Translations under genes and position numbers: made by a program | Part shown: positions 29,387 through 39,823 of the stretch, one piece after another | Layout: each line of letters opens with the position of its first letter | How positions within the stretch are numbered: the stretch's first letter is position 1 | The notes under the pieces: generated by a model | Seen by the model: only the letters and a program-made list of their open reading frames with translations | What the model was told of the DNA's origin: nothing | Databases searched by the model: none | Origin: an uncultured Alphaproteobacteria bacterium | GTDB lineage: Bacteria; Pseudomonadota; Alphaproteobacteria; HIMB59 | Length of the DNA: 56,074 bases | Assembly (NCBI GenBank): GCA_902617465.1 | Contig: CACMWO010000001.1 | Coordinates: 1 to 56,074 of the forward strand | Reading direction: 5' to 3'

Positions 29387-30707
29387 TATTTGCGACCTTA
29401 AAATTACCTAAAGATAAATATTTTTTATTGTTCACAGCTACCGGATCAGAAGAGAAGTTATTCCAAAAGTCAAAGACAATACCTTCAGGAGAGAGCGAAT
29501 TGATAATATCATCAAGATTTTGGTGACTAAAAAAATCATTATTATTTGTTATCAATAATAAGTCAGTATCTTCAGCTGCATCTTTAATATCTTTGAATAT
29601 TTGACAATTTGGATAATGATTTTTTAAATTTTCTTTACTTACTACTGGATCATAAACCCCGATTTGTGCTGATGGTAGACTTTCTCTAATCTCTTTATAG
29701 ACAACTGTAGCCATAGAACCACGAAGATCATCAGTCAAAGGTTTCCCTTTAAACGCCATTCCTAAAAGAGAAACTTTCAACCTTTCTTTTAATTTATTCT
29801 TGAAATATTTTTCAATCAACTTAGATATAACTTCAGAGGGTTGACGTTCATTAACAAATCTTGCAGCTTTTGTAATCTCTAAATCAATACCATACTTCTT
29901 TAAACTCTGATGAAATATATGCGGGTCTTTTTCTAAACAAGGACCTCCGACTAATCCTGGTAAAGCAACATTAGTTCTTGGGTAATTTTGTTTACCTGAG
30001 TTGATAACTTCAAGGGCGTTTACACCAACTGAGTCACATGCGCGTGCAACTTCATTAGCAAACGCAAACTGAATATCACGGTAAGCGTTATCTACTAACT
30101 TTATAATTTCTGCAGCCTCATAAGTATCAACATAGATAATTGATTTTGTTATATTTCTAAAAAGTTTTGCAGCTGACTCAGATGCTTTAAAACTGTCGGA
30201 ACCAATTATTTGCGGAAGCAAATTTAATTCTTTAATGGCATTACCTTCAAGTGTACGCTCAGGACACATTGCTAAGTAATACTTTTTATTTGTTTTAATA
30301 AGTTCATTTTCGACAAGCTTACGTGTCGTTCCAACTTCAACTGTAGATCTTACGATAATTGTTGATGCATCAGACATTTGATTTATAACCTCTGAAATTG
30401 CTGTTTTAATCATATCAATCCTTGGTTTTCCATCTGAACCAAGAGGAGTCCCTACAGTAATAATAAAATATTTACAACAATCAGTTGCATCGAACTTTTT
30501 TTTAGCAATTAGATTACCATTTTTTATTTGATCCTCAATAATTGGCGCTAAACCTACCTCAGTAAAATGAGCTTTGCCGGAGTTTACTTTAGTGACTATT
30601 TCTTCATTACTTTCTATACCTAATACTTTTACACCACTTTTTGCTAGTGAAGCAGCTAGTGTCAAACCAACATACCCTAAACCAATTATTCCAACTTCAA
30701 AGTTCAT
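29379..30707 (-). CDS. UDP-N-acetylhexosamine 6-dehydrogenase (WecC-like)
   Basis: IGLGYVG, ITVGTP, CPERTLEG, VGGPCLEKDP, AFKGKPLTDDLR. Confidence 0.85.
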   Translation of the reverse strand: MNFEVGIIGLGYVGLTLAASLAKSGVKVLGIESNEEIVTKVNSGKAHFTEVGLAPIIEDQIKNGNLIAKKKFDATDCCKYFIITVGTPLGSDGKPRIDMIKTAISEVINQMSDASTIIVRSTVEVGTTRKLVENELIKTNKKYYLAMCPERTLEGNAIKELNLLPQIIGSDSFKASESAAKLFRNITKSIIYVDTYEAAEIIKLVDNAYRDIQFAFANEVARACDSVGVNALEVINSGKQNYPRTNVALPGLVGGPCLEKDPHIFHQSLKKYGIDLEITKAARFVNERQPSEVISKLIEKYFKNKLKERLKVSLLGMAFKGKPLTDDLRGSMATVVYKEIRESLPSAQIGVYDPVVSKENLKNHYPNCQIFKDIKDAAEDTDLLLITNNNDFFSHQNLDDIINSLSPEGIVFDFWNNFSSDPVAVNNKKYLSLGNFKVANNE

Positions 30708-30973
30708 CTTTTTTCCATTTTGTATACAAAAGATAAACGTTTTTAATTTTGCATAATTTTAAGTTTTTTAAAATATTTTGATACATTGAGTTAATATAAT
30801 TATTATTTATAGTATAAATTTAGGCATAATTAATTATCGTTTGTAAATTATTTTATTATAAAAGAATATTTATTTATGTATATCTTAAGTTAATTATTTT
30901 TATAAGATTAGATAATTTAACTGTGATTCAATTATTGCTACATATCTCGTTAGGATTAAGAATTTAGAAAAGA

Positions 30974-32611
30974 ATGAGCATCACATACAAATTCAAGTAT
31001 CAAATTTCAATAATTCTATTACCAATTATATACTTATTACTATTTGGAAGATTTGGACTTGAAGACTCGGACTCTGGATTTATCGTTGGTTTGGGATGGA
31101 GAGTTTTTAATGGAGAAATCCCATACAAAGATTTTTATTTTGTACGCCCAATAATTTCAGTATTAATTTCGAGTTTGAAAATAAGCATTTTACCCGAATT
31201 TGGACAAGTATTATCAATGAGACTACTTAATTACTATCAATTGTTGTTTCAAGTTTATCTTACAATAATTGCAATCGAAAAATTCTATGATTTTAGTGCT
31301 TTAAAAATAAATAAATATTTATTCACGGCTATATCTTTTATAGCAACCTCTATTGGTTCATTTTATTTTCAGTGGTACACAACAGATGGTATTTTTTTAG
31401 CAGTACTTGGTCTTGTGATTATAGTTCTTTTTAATAATAAAAACTTATTTTACTTAATTTTAGCAGGTGTATTTTTATGTCTTTCAGCTTTAACTAAACA
31501 AAACTTTTATATAGTTCCTATTATTGGTTTTGCTTTTGTCTTTTTACAATATGGATTAAAAAAATTTATTGTAGTTTTATCGGGAACTTTTTTTACTTTA
31601 TTAATTTATTTTACTTACTTTTATATAAATAATTTAATTGATATTTATCTATCTTTAACTTCAAATACACCAGCAGTTAAAGAGCTAATATGGTCCGGTA
31701 CTATGGGATACTTTCATAACACACCATATTTTTTTGCATTTGCTGTAATTCCTATACTGACATATTCAATTATGATCAATTTTAAAAAATTTATTACAAA
31801 CCAATCCAGAGTTGTATTTATTATTTCCACTATATTAATTATTTTATTAAACATATTTATAATTTTTGAATTTGGGATTAATTACAAATTTAGTTATGAT
31901 AGAATTATACCTATAATTATTGTTATAGTTTTTCTACACTTAATTATTACAAAAAAAGAAAAACTAAAAAATCATTACTTCTTAATTGCTATACTTGGAA
32001 TTAGCTGGGCGTCATCTATTAGTTGGGGATATAGAAGTCCACATTTGTATTTTACTCCAATAATATTTGCCTCTTATTATTTACTACAAAAATATTTAAA
32101 TATTTTTGATAAAAAAACAGTTGTTTTTTTTAGTTCTGTTATTTTAATTTACTCTTTTATTGCAAACTTAAAGCCATATAGAGATGATTACATTTGGAAT
32201 ATTACCAGCGATGCGTCTAAAATTTCAAGCAAACTAGCGTTCATCAAAACAAATGATATGAGATTAAAAAAACATTTAGAATTAAAAGAAATATTTAATA
32301 ACTACGATAATACAACTATTCTTCCTTCTATGCCTGGTGCGTATTATATTCATGGTTACATAAATAAATTATCTGTTGATTGGGCAATGGATGTTGAAAT
32401 AGCTTATGACCGTATAGGTATCACAAATGATCTTAATAGTTGTTGTAAATACTACATAATTGAAAAAAGAATTGGACCAAACAATAGATTAACTATTGGT
32501 CAAAGAGTAGGCAGTGAAGGCAAATATTATTCATCCACAACAGATTATGTCAAAAATAATTATAAACTCATAAAATCAAATTATAAATATTTTGAAATAT
32601 ATGAAAAATGA
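30974..32611 (+). CDS. Polytopic membrane protein, GT-C (ArnT/PMT-like) glycosyltransferase candidate
   Basis: More than 10 hydrophobic segments; acidic first loop EDSDSG, GEIPYKDFYFVRP, LTKQ; soluble C-terminal domain. Confidence 0.55.
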   Translation: MSITYKFKYQISIILLPIIYLLLFGRFGLEDSDSGFIVGLGWRVFNGEIPYKDFYFVRPIISVLISSLKISILPEFGQVLSMRLLNYYQLLFQVYLTIIAIEKFYDFSALKINKYLFTAISFIATSIGSFYFQWYTTDGIFLAVLGLVIIVLFNNKNLFYLILAGVFLCLSALTKQNFYIVPIIGFAFVFLQYGLKKFIVVLSGTFFTLLIYFTYFYINNLIDIYLSLTSNTPAVKELIWSGTMGYFHNTPYFFAFAVIPILTYSIMINFKKFITNQSRVVFIISTILIILLNIFIIFEFGINYKFSYDRIIPIIIVIVFLHLIITKKEKLKNHYFLIAILGISWASSISWGYRSPHLYFTPIIFASYYLLQKYLNIFDKKTVVFFSSVILIYSFIANLKPYRDDYIWNITSDASKISSKLAFIKTNDMRLKKHLELKEIFNNYDNTTILPSMPGAYYIHGYINKLSVDWAMDVEIAYDRIGITNDLNSCCKYYIIEKRIGPNNRLTIGQRVGSEGKYYSSTTDYVKNNYKLIKSNYKYFEIYEK

Positions 32612-32782
32612 AATTAGTAGCTTGTTTATGAAGTTAATTAAAAGAGGCTTTTTAAAAGCAATTGACTTATTGGCTCCTAAACAAATTAATGTTAGCCCTA
32701 AAATTAGCATTTTAAGGCAACGGTTAAAAAGTTATGGCGATGCTTTCTTAGCAAGTTATTTCTATTATGATATAATTATTTA

Positions 32783-33328
32783 TTGATTCAAAAAATTTTT
32801 ACATACATTCTCATAGTTCTTCATAAAGTTAGGCTTTTATTATTTGTTCAAAATAAATACATATCATTTGGCTCTGGTTGTGAAATTACAAGTGGAGTGC
32901 GTGTTAGAGCATTTGATGGAGGAGTTATAAAGTTTGCTGAGAAGGTTTGCATTGATCGTTTTGCAGATATTCAATCCAAAAGTGGTGAAATATTTATCGG
33001 CCCTTGTACTTTTATTGGACAGTTTAGTATAATTTGTTCTCACTATAAAATCTCAATTGGCTCAGATTGTCTAATCGCTGAACATGTGACCATTCGTGAT
33101 CAAGATCATAATTTTGGAACTATAAAAAAAACTAGCTTAGCTGGAATGAGAACTTCATCGATTGAAATTGGAAATAATGTATGGATAGGCGCAAAGGTAA
33201 CTGTCACTAAGGGTGTAAAGATTGGTAATAATTCTGTAATTGGTGCAAACTCCGTTGTTACTAAAAATGTACCTGCAAATACAATTGTTGGTGGGATACC
33301 ATCAAGAATTTTATCTGAGACTAAATGA
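32783..33328 (+). CDS. Hexapeptide-repeat O-acyltransferase
   Basis: IRDQDH, IGNNVWIGAKVTVTKGVKIG, IGANSVVTKNVP. Confidence 0.88.
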   Translation: MIQKIFTYILIVLHKVRLLLFVQNKYISFGSGCEITSGVRVRAFDGGVIKFAEKVCIDRFADIQSKSGEIFIGPCTFIGQFSIICSHYKISIGSDCLIAEHVTIRDQDHNFGTIKKTSLAGMRTSSIEIGNNVWIGAKVTVTKGVKIGNNSVIGANSVVTKNVPANTIVGGIPSRILSETK

Positions 33329-34416
33329 GAAAAAAAAATATCTCAATAATACTACCTAGTCTTTATGGAGGTGGAGCTGAACGTGTCAATTTAGACTTAG
33401 CTCATGAATTTGATCGCAAAGGTTTTCAAGTAGAGTTTGTTTTAATGCAAGCGCGGGGGGAGCTATTGAAAGAGGCTGAGGATAAGTTTAGTGTTTTTGA
33501 TATGAATTGTGAACGTGCAAGAAATATTTCAAGTTACTTAAGAAAATATTTTCGTAATCGTAAACCAGATGTTTTAATTATTTCTATATGGCCCCTAACA
33601 GTTATAGTTCCAATTGTTTTATATTTTAGTAGTTATAGCTGTAAAGTAATAATCTGTGAACATAATACACTATCGTTACAGTACAAAAACTATGGAAAAT
33701 TTCATCATTTAGCAATGCGTATTTCGATGGCTGTTGGATATCGATTAGCACATTCTCGAGTAGGTGTTTCTAAAGGTGTTGTTGAGGATATTTCCAATTT
33801 ATCTTGGATAGGTCTAAGAAAATTTAAAGTAATTCATAATCCGGTGAGACAAATTTCCAAAGCTTCTGAACAATCTCTTAGAGATGTTGAATCTCTTTGG
33901 TCATGTGAGTCAGGCGCTAGAATACTCTCTGTTGGGAGCTTTAAAAAACAGAAGAATCAGCAATTATTGTTGAGAGCTTTCGCACAAGTTGAAAATAAAA
34001 ATGCGCATTTAATGTTTGTTGGAGAAGGCGAAGGAAAAAACAATTTGCTAAAACTAACAAGTGCATTAGGACTAGCAGAAAAAGTTACTTTTGCAGGCTT
34101 CCAAATTGATCCAACCCCATTTTATAAGACTGCAGATTTATTTGTTTTATCATCAGATTATGAAGGCTTTGGAAATGTAATAGTTGAAGCATTGGCATGT
34201 GGCACAAGAGTTGTATCAACTAATTGTAAATCAGGACCGTCTGAAATACTTGAAAACGGAAAATACGGTATTCTTGTGCCTGTCTCAAATGAAAATGCTC
34301 TATCGAGTGCTATCAAACAAGCTCTCTCTAGCCCAAAAAATCCATCACTTTTAATAGAACGTGCTAAAAATTTTGCACAAGATATTATCGCTGAACGGTA
34401 TTTAGAATTATTATGA
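33325..34416 (+). CDS. Glycosyltransferase family 4
   Basis: GGGAER, VIHNP, FVLSSDYEGFGNVIVEALACG, SGPSEIL. Confidence 0.92.
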   Translation: MRKKNISIILPSLYGGGAERVNLDLAHEFDRKGFQVEFVLMQARGELLKEAEDKFSVFDMNCERARNISSYLRKYFRNRKPDVLIISIWPLTVIVPIVLYFSSYSCKVIICEHNTLSLQYKNYGKFHHLAMRISMAVGYRLAHSRVGVSKGVVEDISNLSWIGLRKFKVIHNPVRQISKASEQSLRDVESLWSCESGARILSVGSFKKQKNQQLLLRAFAQVENKNAHLMFVGEGEGKNNLLKLTSALGLAEKVTFAGFQIDPTPFYKTADLFVLSSDYEGFGNVIVEALACGTRVVSTNCKSGPSEILENGKYGILVPVSNENALSSAIKQALSSPKNPSLLIERAKNFAQDIIAERYLELL

Positions 34417-34473
34417 ATTCAACTTTTAGTATAAAAAACAAAAAAATATCAAGTCTATGAGAACACTTATTTA

Positions 34474-36462
34474 ATGTGTGGTTTAACAGGTATTCTCTCT
34501 TTCACATCTCAAGGAGATTTTACTAGTTATTTATACAAAATGACATCTAGTCTGGCTCATAGAGGACCAAACGATGAAGGAGTATGGTTCGATGGTAGTA
34601 TAGGTTTAGGTCATAGAAGACTATCTATAATTGATCTTAGTTCCAATGGATCTCAACCTATGCAGTCTCATTGTGGAAGATTTGTAATTGTTTTCAATGG
34701 TGAGATTTACAATCACCTCAATTTACGAAGTGAACTTGAGAAAAGTGGATTAACCCCAGCTTGGAGAGGACACTCAGATACAGAAACTCTTTTGGAGGCT
34801 ATAAAACACTGGGGAATTGATAAATCACTTAGACTTTCACACGGAATGTTTGCTTTTGCACTCTGGGACAAAAATAATAAGAAGCTTTGTCTTGCCAGAG
34901 ATCGAATAGGAGAAAAACCACTTTTTTGGGGATGGGCCGGAAAAAATTTAATCTTTGGCTCTGAACTTAAAGCACTTCGTTCTCATCCAGAATGCAATAG
35001 TCAGATTAATCAAGACTCTCTTTGTCAATACTTTAGATATATGTATGTTCCTGCACCACTAAGTATTTATAAAAATATTTATAAACTTGAACCTGGAACT
35101 ATTTTGTCAGTGGGTGAGTCCCCGCCTAGCTTACCACCCAATAAACCCATCAGACCAGGTGAGCATTATGGAAGTCTAAATATTCGAAGTTATTGGCAGT
35201 TAAACTCTCAAATTGAGACAGGAGTTAGAGATTTAATTAAGGACGAAAATGAGGCAGTATCAAGATTAAAAAAGGTTTTAAGTGAGGCAGTCGAAAAGCA
35301 GATGATGTCGGATGTTCCTTTAGGTGCCTTTTTGTCTGGAGGTGTAGACAGTTCAACAATTGTGGCTTTAATGCAAGAAAAAAGTAAAAAACCAATACAA
35401 ACCTTTACAATTGGATTTCAAGAGAGAGGGTATGATGAATCAGAGCATGCTTCAAAGGTGGCTAGACATTTAGGAACAAACCATACTGAAGTTTTTTTAT
35501 CTGATAGTGATGCTAGAGATACAATTCCAAATCTACCTTTGCTCTACGATGAACCATTTGCGGACTCCTCACAGATCCCCACACATTTAGTATGCCGCAT
35601 CGCCTCAGAAAAAGTATCTGTAGCACTATCGGGTGATGGTGCAGATGAGATATTTGGTGGATACAATCGTTATTTGTACGGACCTAAATTATGGCACTAC
35701 ATGTCGCGTGTCCCATTTCCTCTTAGAAAATTTATGGGTAGAGCTATTCAAATGATATCTGAAAAATCTTGGGATAGGATAGGACTTTTTTACAATAAGT
35801 TTAGATCTAGAAATAATGGTTTGTCTCATCTAGGTAATAAAGTTCACAAACTTGGAGAGAGGTTAAATTTCATAAATAGCATTGAGGACCTTTACACTAA
35901 TTTTGTAAGTAATTGGATTGAACCTGAGAAACTTTTTGTTAATGAAATTACAAATCAGCACCTAATTAATAGAGATGCCATGTCTGAAACTGTGGCAAAG
36001 GATGCAGTTTTAAAAATGATGTCTCAAGATATGTATAATTATCTTCCTGACGATATTCTTTGTAAGGTGGATCGCGCAGCAATGAGTGTAAGTTTAGAAA
36101 CGAGAGCACCATTTTTGGATCCAAATGTAATTGAACTATCAACACACATTCCTATTGGTATGAAGATTAATGGAGGTCAGAGTAAATGGGCATTAAGACA
36201 AGTTTTATATGATTATGTGCCTAGAGAGATTATTGACAGGCCAAAGTCGGGTTTTGCTATTCCTATAGGTTTATGGCTTCGAGGTCCTTTGCGAGATTGG
36301 GCAGAAGATCTTTTATCAATCAATAGTTTAAAAAAAAATGAATTCTTTGATGTAAATTTAATTCGGAACACTTGGAATGAACACCTTTCATTAAGGAACG
36401 ACTCTACTTCTAAGCTTTGGTCAATATTGATGTTTCAATCCTGGAGGAGATATTGGTCATGA
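34474..36462 (+). CDS. asnB: AsnB-like glutamine amidotransferase (WbpS/WbtH-type sugar amidation)
   Basis: MCGL N-terminal nucleophile, HRGP, LGHRRLSIIDLS, FNGEIYN, FLSGGVDSS, LSGDGADE, KVDRAAM. Confidence 0.92.
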   Translation: MCGLTGILSFTSQGDFTSYLYKMTSSLAHRGPNDEGVWFDGSIGLGHRRLSIIDLSSNGSQPMQSHCGRFVIVFNGEIYNHLNLRSELEKSGLTPAWRGHSDTETLLEAIKHWGIDKSLRLSHGMFAFALWDKNNKKLCLARDRIGEKPLFWGWAGKNLIFGSELKALRSHPECNSQINQDSLCQYFRYMYVPAPLSIYKNIYKLEPGTILSVGESPPSLPPNKPIRPGEHYGSLNIRSYWQLNSQIETGVRDLIKDENEAVSRLKKVLSEAVEKQMMSDVPLGAFLSGGVDSSTIVALMQEKSKKPIQTFTIGFQERGYDESEHASKVARHLGTNHTEVFLSDSDARDTIPNLPLLYDEPFADSSQIPTHLVCRIASEKVSVALSGDGADEIFGGYNRYLYGPKLWHYMSRVPFPLRKFMGRAIQMISEKSWDRIGLFYNKFRSRNNGLSHLGNKVHKLGERLNFINSIEDLYTNFVSNWIEPEKLFVNEITNQHLINRDAMSETVAKDAVLKMMSQDMYNYLPDDILCKVDRAAMSVSLETRAPFLDPNVIELSTHIPIGMKINGGQSKWALRQVLYDYVPREIIDRPKSGFAIPIGLWLRGPLRDWAEDLLSINSLKKNEFFDVNLIRNTWNEHLSLRNDSTSKLWSILMFQSWRRYWS

Positions 36463-36583
36463 AATTACTCTACCATTGATAAATTTTTTTAAAGATAATG
36501 GTCGTTAGACATTCTATCTAATAAGAGATAAAATTTTAACAAATATAATTAATGCTTATATTTTTATTAAATCTAATTAAATA

Positions 36584-37804
36584 ATGGCTCGTGTGCTTTA
36601 TATCTCATATGATGGTATCTTAGAACCGTTAGGCCAGAGCCAAATCATTCCTTATTTAAAGAGGTTAGCTTTAGATAATGAGATACATATAATATCATTT
36701 GAAAAACCAGCTGAATTAGTTTTAAAAAAAGAGATTGAAAATTTAAGATTACAGTTAAAGTCACATGACATAAATTGGACACCAATGCGATATCACAAAA
36801 GACTAAGTATCCTAGCTACGATCTATGATATTATTCGAGGACAAGTTATTGCAATTAGAATTACAAAAATATTGAAAACAGAAATTGTCCATGTTCGATC
36901 GTATATACCAGCCTTAATTGCGTTACCACTAAAATGGTTTTCAAAGACTAAAATATTATTTGATATTCGTGGATTTTGGGCAGACGAGCGTGTTGATGGA
37001 AAGATATGGCCTAAAAATGGAATAGTTTATAAATCTGTTAAATTTCTTGAACGATATCTTTTTCGTTCAGCTGACCATGTAGTAACTTTGACTGAGGCAT
37101 CAGTTCCAAAAATTATTGATTTTGGTTATTGGAAAAACAATATTCCAAATATAACTGTAATTCCAACTTGTGTTGATTTAGATAGATTTAAACCATCACA
37201 AATTAAATTAACGGATAATAAATCTTTTATATTTGGCTATGTGGGAAGCTTTGGTACTTGGTATATGATGGATGAGACAATGGCTCTTTTTTCTGAAATT
37301 CTTAAAATTAGACCAAAAGCAAAGATGATAATTTTAAATCGTAATGAGCATGACGCTATTCGCAGTTCGATATTTCGTTCAGGCCTTCCGGTAGATAGAG
37401 TTGAAATAAAAAAATCCTCATACGAGGAAGTAGCTATTCAATTACAAAGAATACACGCTGCTAGTGCCTTGATTAGACCTTGTTTTTCAAAAATTGCTAG
37501 TGCCCCGACAAAGGTGGCAGAGTATTTAGCTTGTGCTATTCCTTGTATCGGAAATTATGGTGTTGGCGACATGGAAAAAACTCTTGAAAGTAATGAAATA
37601 GGGGTAATTTTGCGCAGCTTTGATATTAATTCACTCAACATAGCAGCTCAAAAGATCATTATGCTTTCTTCTAATCCGGATGTGCGTAAACGTTGTCGTA
37701 AGATAGCCGAAAATCACTTTTCTCTAGATAAAGCTGTTAAGGCTTACAAATCAATTTACCTTAGCCTGTTATCTAAACAATCAAAGGGAAGCATTTATCA
37801 ATGA
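36584..37804 (+). CDS. Glycosyltransferase family 4
   Basis: VIPTCVD, YVGS, SAPTKVAEYLACAIP. Confidence 0.85.
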   Translation: MARVLYISYDGILEPLGQSQIIPYLKRLALDNEIHIISFEKPAELVLKKEIENLRLQLKSHDINWTPMRYHKRLSILATIYDIIRGQVIAIRITKILKTEIVHVRSYIPALIALPLKWFSKTKILFDIRGFWADERVDGKIWPKNGIVYKSVKFLERYLFRSADHVVTLTEASVPKIIDFGYWKNNIPNITVIPTCVDLDRFKPSQIKLTDNKSFIFGYVGSFGTWYMMDETMALFSEILKIRPKAKMIILNRNEHDAIRSSIFRSGLPVDRVEIKKSSYEEVAIQLQRIHAASALIRPCFSKIASAPTKVAEYLACAIPCIGNYGVGDMEKTLESNEIGVILRSFDINSLNIAAQKIIMLSSNPDVRKRCRKIAENHFSLDKAVKAYKSIYLSLLSKQSKGSIYQ

Positions 37805-38910
37805 TTAAAAAAAGAATGTTAGTTTTATGTCCATTCCCTCAAAAAGTTGCCGCGGGTCAGAGATTAAAATATGAACAATATTTTGAAAGATGGCGAGCAA
37901 ATGGATGGGAAATAGACGTTTCCTCATTCATGGATAAAAAAATGTGGAGTATTGTTTATCAAAAAGGACACTTTCTTTCAAAGATAATGGGAGTTTTTAG
38001 GGGTCATCTAAGACGTTTATATGACCTTTATAGAATACCAAACTATGATCTAATTTATATATTTATGTATGTTACACCTTTGCTGACAAGCACCACAGAG
38101 CGTGTAGCGCGAGCACAGGCGAAAAGATTAATTTATGACATTGAAGATAATATTCATGTTCAACAAAATTCTCATTCGCAAATTAACCCAAATCCAATAG
38201 TTAAGTTTTTAAAGTGGCCTGGAAAAGTTAAATACTTAATTCGTGCAGCTGATCACGTAATTACATCTTCTCCTTTTCTTAACATTGACTGCAAAAGAAT
38301 TACCAATACAGGATACTGCAGCTATGTAACATCATCACTTGACATAGAGCGTTATAAACCCAAAAGCGAATACTCAAACGATAACAAAGTTATTATTGGA
38401 TGGACTGGTACACATTCATCAAAAGAATATTTAGACCAGCTTACTAATGTGTTCCTCAGGTTAGCGGAAAGAGTAAGTTTTAAATTAAGAGTTATAGGCA
38501 ATTTCAAATATGACCTTCCAGGCATTGATCTTGAAGTAGTTGAATGGAGCATTGATAGAGAAATTAGTGATCTCCAATCTTTTGATATAGGTGTTTATCC
38601 ACTTCCACTAGATAAATGGGTACATGGCAAAAGTGGACTAAAAGCAATTCAATATATGGCAATAGGATTACCTTGTGTTGCGACAGAGGTAGGAACTACA
38701 CCAATGCTTATTACTGATAATGTTAACGGTAAATTAGTGAAAACTGAAGATGAATGGGTTGATGCTCTTGAAAAGTTAGTGCGTGAGCCGGAGAGCCGCC
38801 GTAGAATGGGAGAGCAAGCTCGTCGTGATGCAGTATCAAACTATTCTCTTGATACCATAGGTGATATTTATGATAAAATTTTAGAGAGTGTTATGAATAG
38901 AGTAAAATGA
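37801..38910 (+). CDS. Glycosyltransferase family 4
   Basis: IGWTGT, DIGVYPL, GKSGLKAIQYMAIGLP. Confidence 0.85.
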   Translation: MIKKRMLVLCPFPQKVAAGQRLKYEQYFERWRANGWEIDVSSFMDKKMWSIVYQKGHFLSKIMGVFRGHLRRLYDLYRIPNYDLIYIFMYVTPLLTSTTERVARAQAKRLIYDIEDNIHVQQNSHSQINPNPIVKFLKWPGKVKYLIRAADHVITSSPFLNIDCKRITNTGYCSYVTSSLDIERYKPKSEYSNDNKVIIGWTGTHSSKEYLDQLTNVFLRLAERVSFKLRVIGNFKYDLPGIDLEVVEWSIDREISDLQSFDIGVYPLPLDKWVHGKSGLKAIQYMAIGLPCVATEVGTTPMLITDNVNGKLVKTEDEWVDALEKLVREPESRRRMGEQARRDAVSNYSLDTIGDIYDKILESVMNRVK

Positions 38911-39815
38911 TTAGGGGAAAAAGAATTTATTTGGCTGGATCTGGTGGAATGCTTGGGGAGGCCTTTTTTAAAATCTTTAATATTGACAACACTTTGCTTT
39001 GCACTGATAAAGATGTTAATGAAAATTGGCTAAAATATTTAGATTTTCGAGATGAAGAGGCATACAAAGCTGATGTTAAAAAATTTAAGCCTGACTATCT
39101 TTTTCACTTAGGAGCTCTTACATCTTTGGAATATTGCGAGCAAAACATCGATGATGCCTATGCAACTAATACAACTGCTGTTGAGAATGCAGTAAATATT
39201 TCAAATAATCTTAAAATTCCACTTCTCTACATTTCAACCGCAGGTATTTTTGATGGAAAAAAAGAAACTTATGACGACTGGGATGAACCTGCTCCTTTGA
39301 GCCATTATGGAAGGTCTAAGTTCATGGGCGAAAAATATGTAGTACAAAATTCCAATAAGTATTTAGTATGTAGAGCAGGTTGGATGATGGGAGCAGGGCC
39401 ATCTAAAGACAAGAAGTTTATTCAAAAACTTATGAAACAGATAAAAGATGGTAAGACCGAACTACACGTAGTTGATGATAAACTAGGTACCCCAACTTAT
39501 ACAATAGACTTTGCAAAAAATGTGGCTTTGTTGTTAGAGCGTGAGTATTGGGGTGTGTATAACATGGTATGTGGTGGAGTTACAGGTAGGTTAGAGGTAG
39601 CGAAGGAGTTAATTAAATTGATTGGAAAAGAAGAAGAGATAAAAATAATTCCAGTCTCCTCAAATTTTTTCTCAAAAGAATATTTTGCAAATCGCCCTAA
39701 ATCTGAGAGATTGCTCACAAAAAAATTACAAATTAGAAATTGTAACGTAATGCGCGATTGGCGTGAGTGTTTACGAGAATATTTAGAGTCTTACTATAGC
39801 GATTATTTAAGTTAG
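38907..39815 (+). CDS. RmlD-like NDP-4-keto-sugar reductase (second paralog)
   Basis: GSGGMLG, YISTAGIFDG, PLSHYGRSK, GTPTY. Confidence 0.82.
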   Translation: MIRGKRIYLAGSGGMLGEAFFKIFNIDNTLLCTDKDVNENWLKYLDFRDEEAYKADVKKFKPDYLFHLGALTSLEYCEQNIDDAYATNTTAVENAVNISNNLKIPLLYISTAGIFDGKKETYDDWDEPAPLSHYGRSKFMGEKYVVQNSNKYLVCRAGWMMGAGPSKDKKFIQKLMKQIKDGKTELHVVDDKLGTPTYTIDFAKNVALLLEREYWGVYNMVCGGVTGRLEVAKELIKLIGKEEEIKIIPVSSNFFSKEYFANRPKSERLLTKKLQIRNCNVMRDWRECLREYLESYYSDYLS

Positions 39816-39823
39816 TTAATAAT

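Noticed and set aside
32592-32786. 64-aa ORF between the membrane protein and the acyltransferase
   Set aside because: No motif or ribosome-binding site, and it overlaps both neighbours; probably an intergenic/promoter region, although a small gene is not excluded
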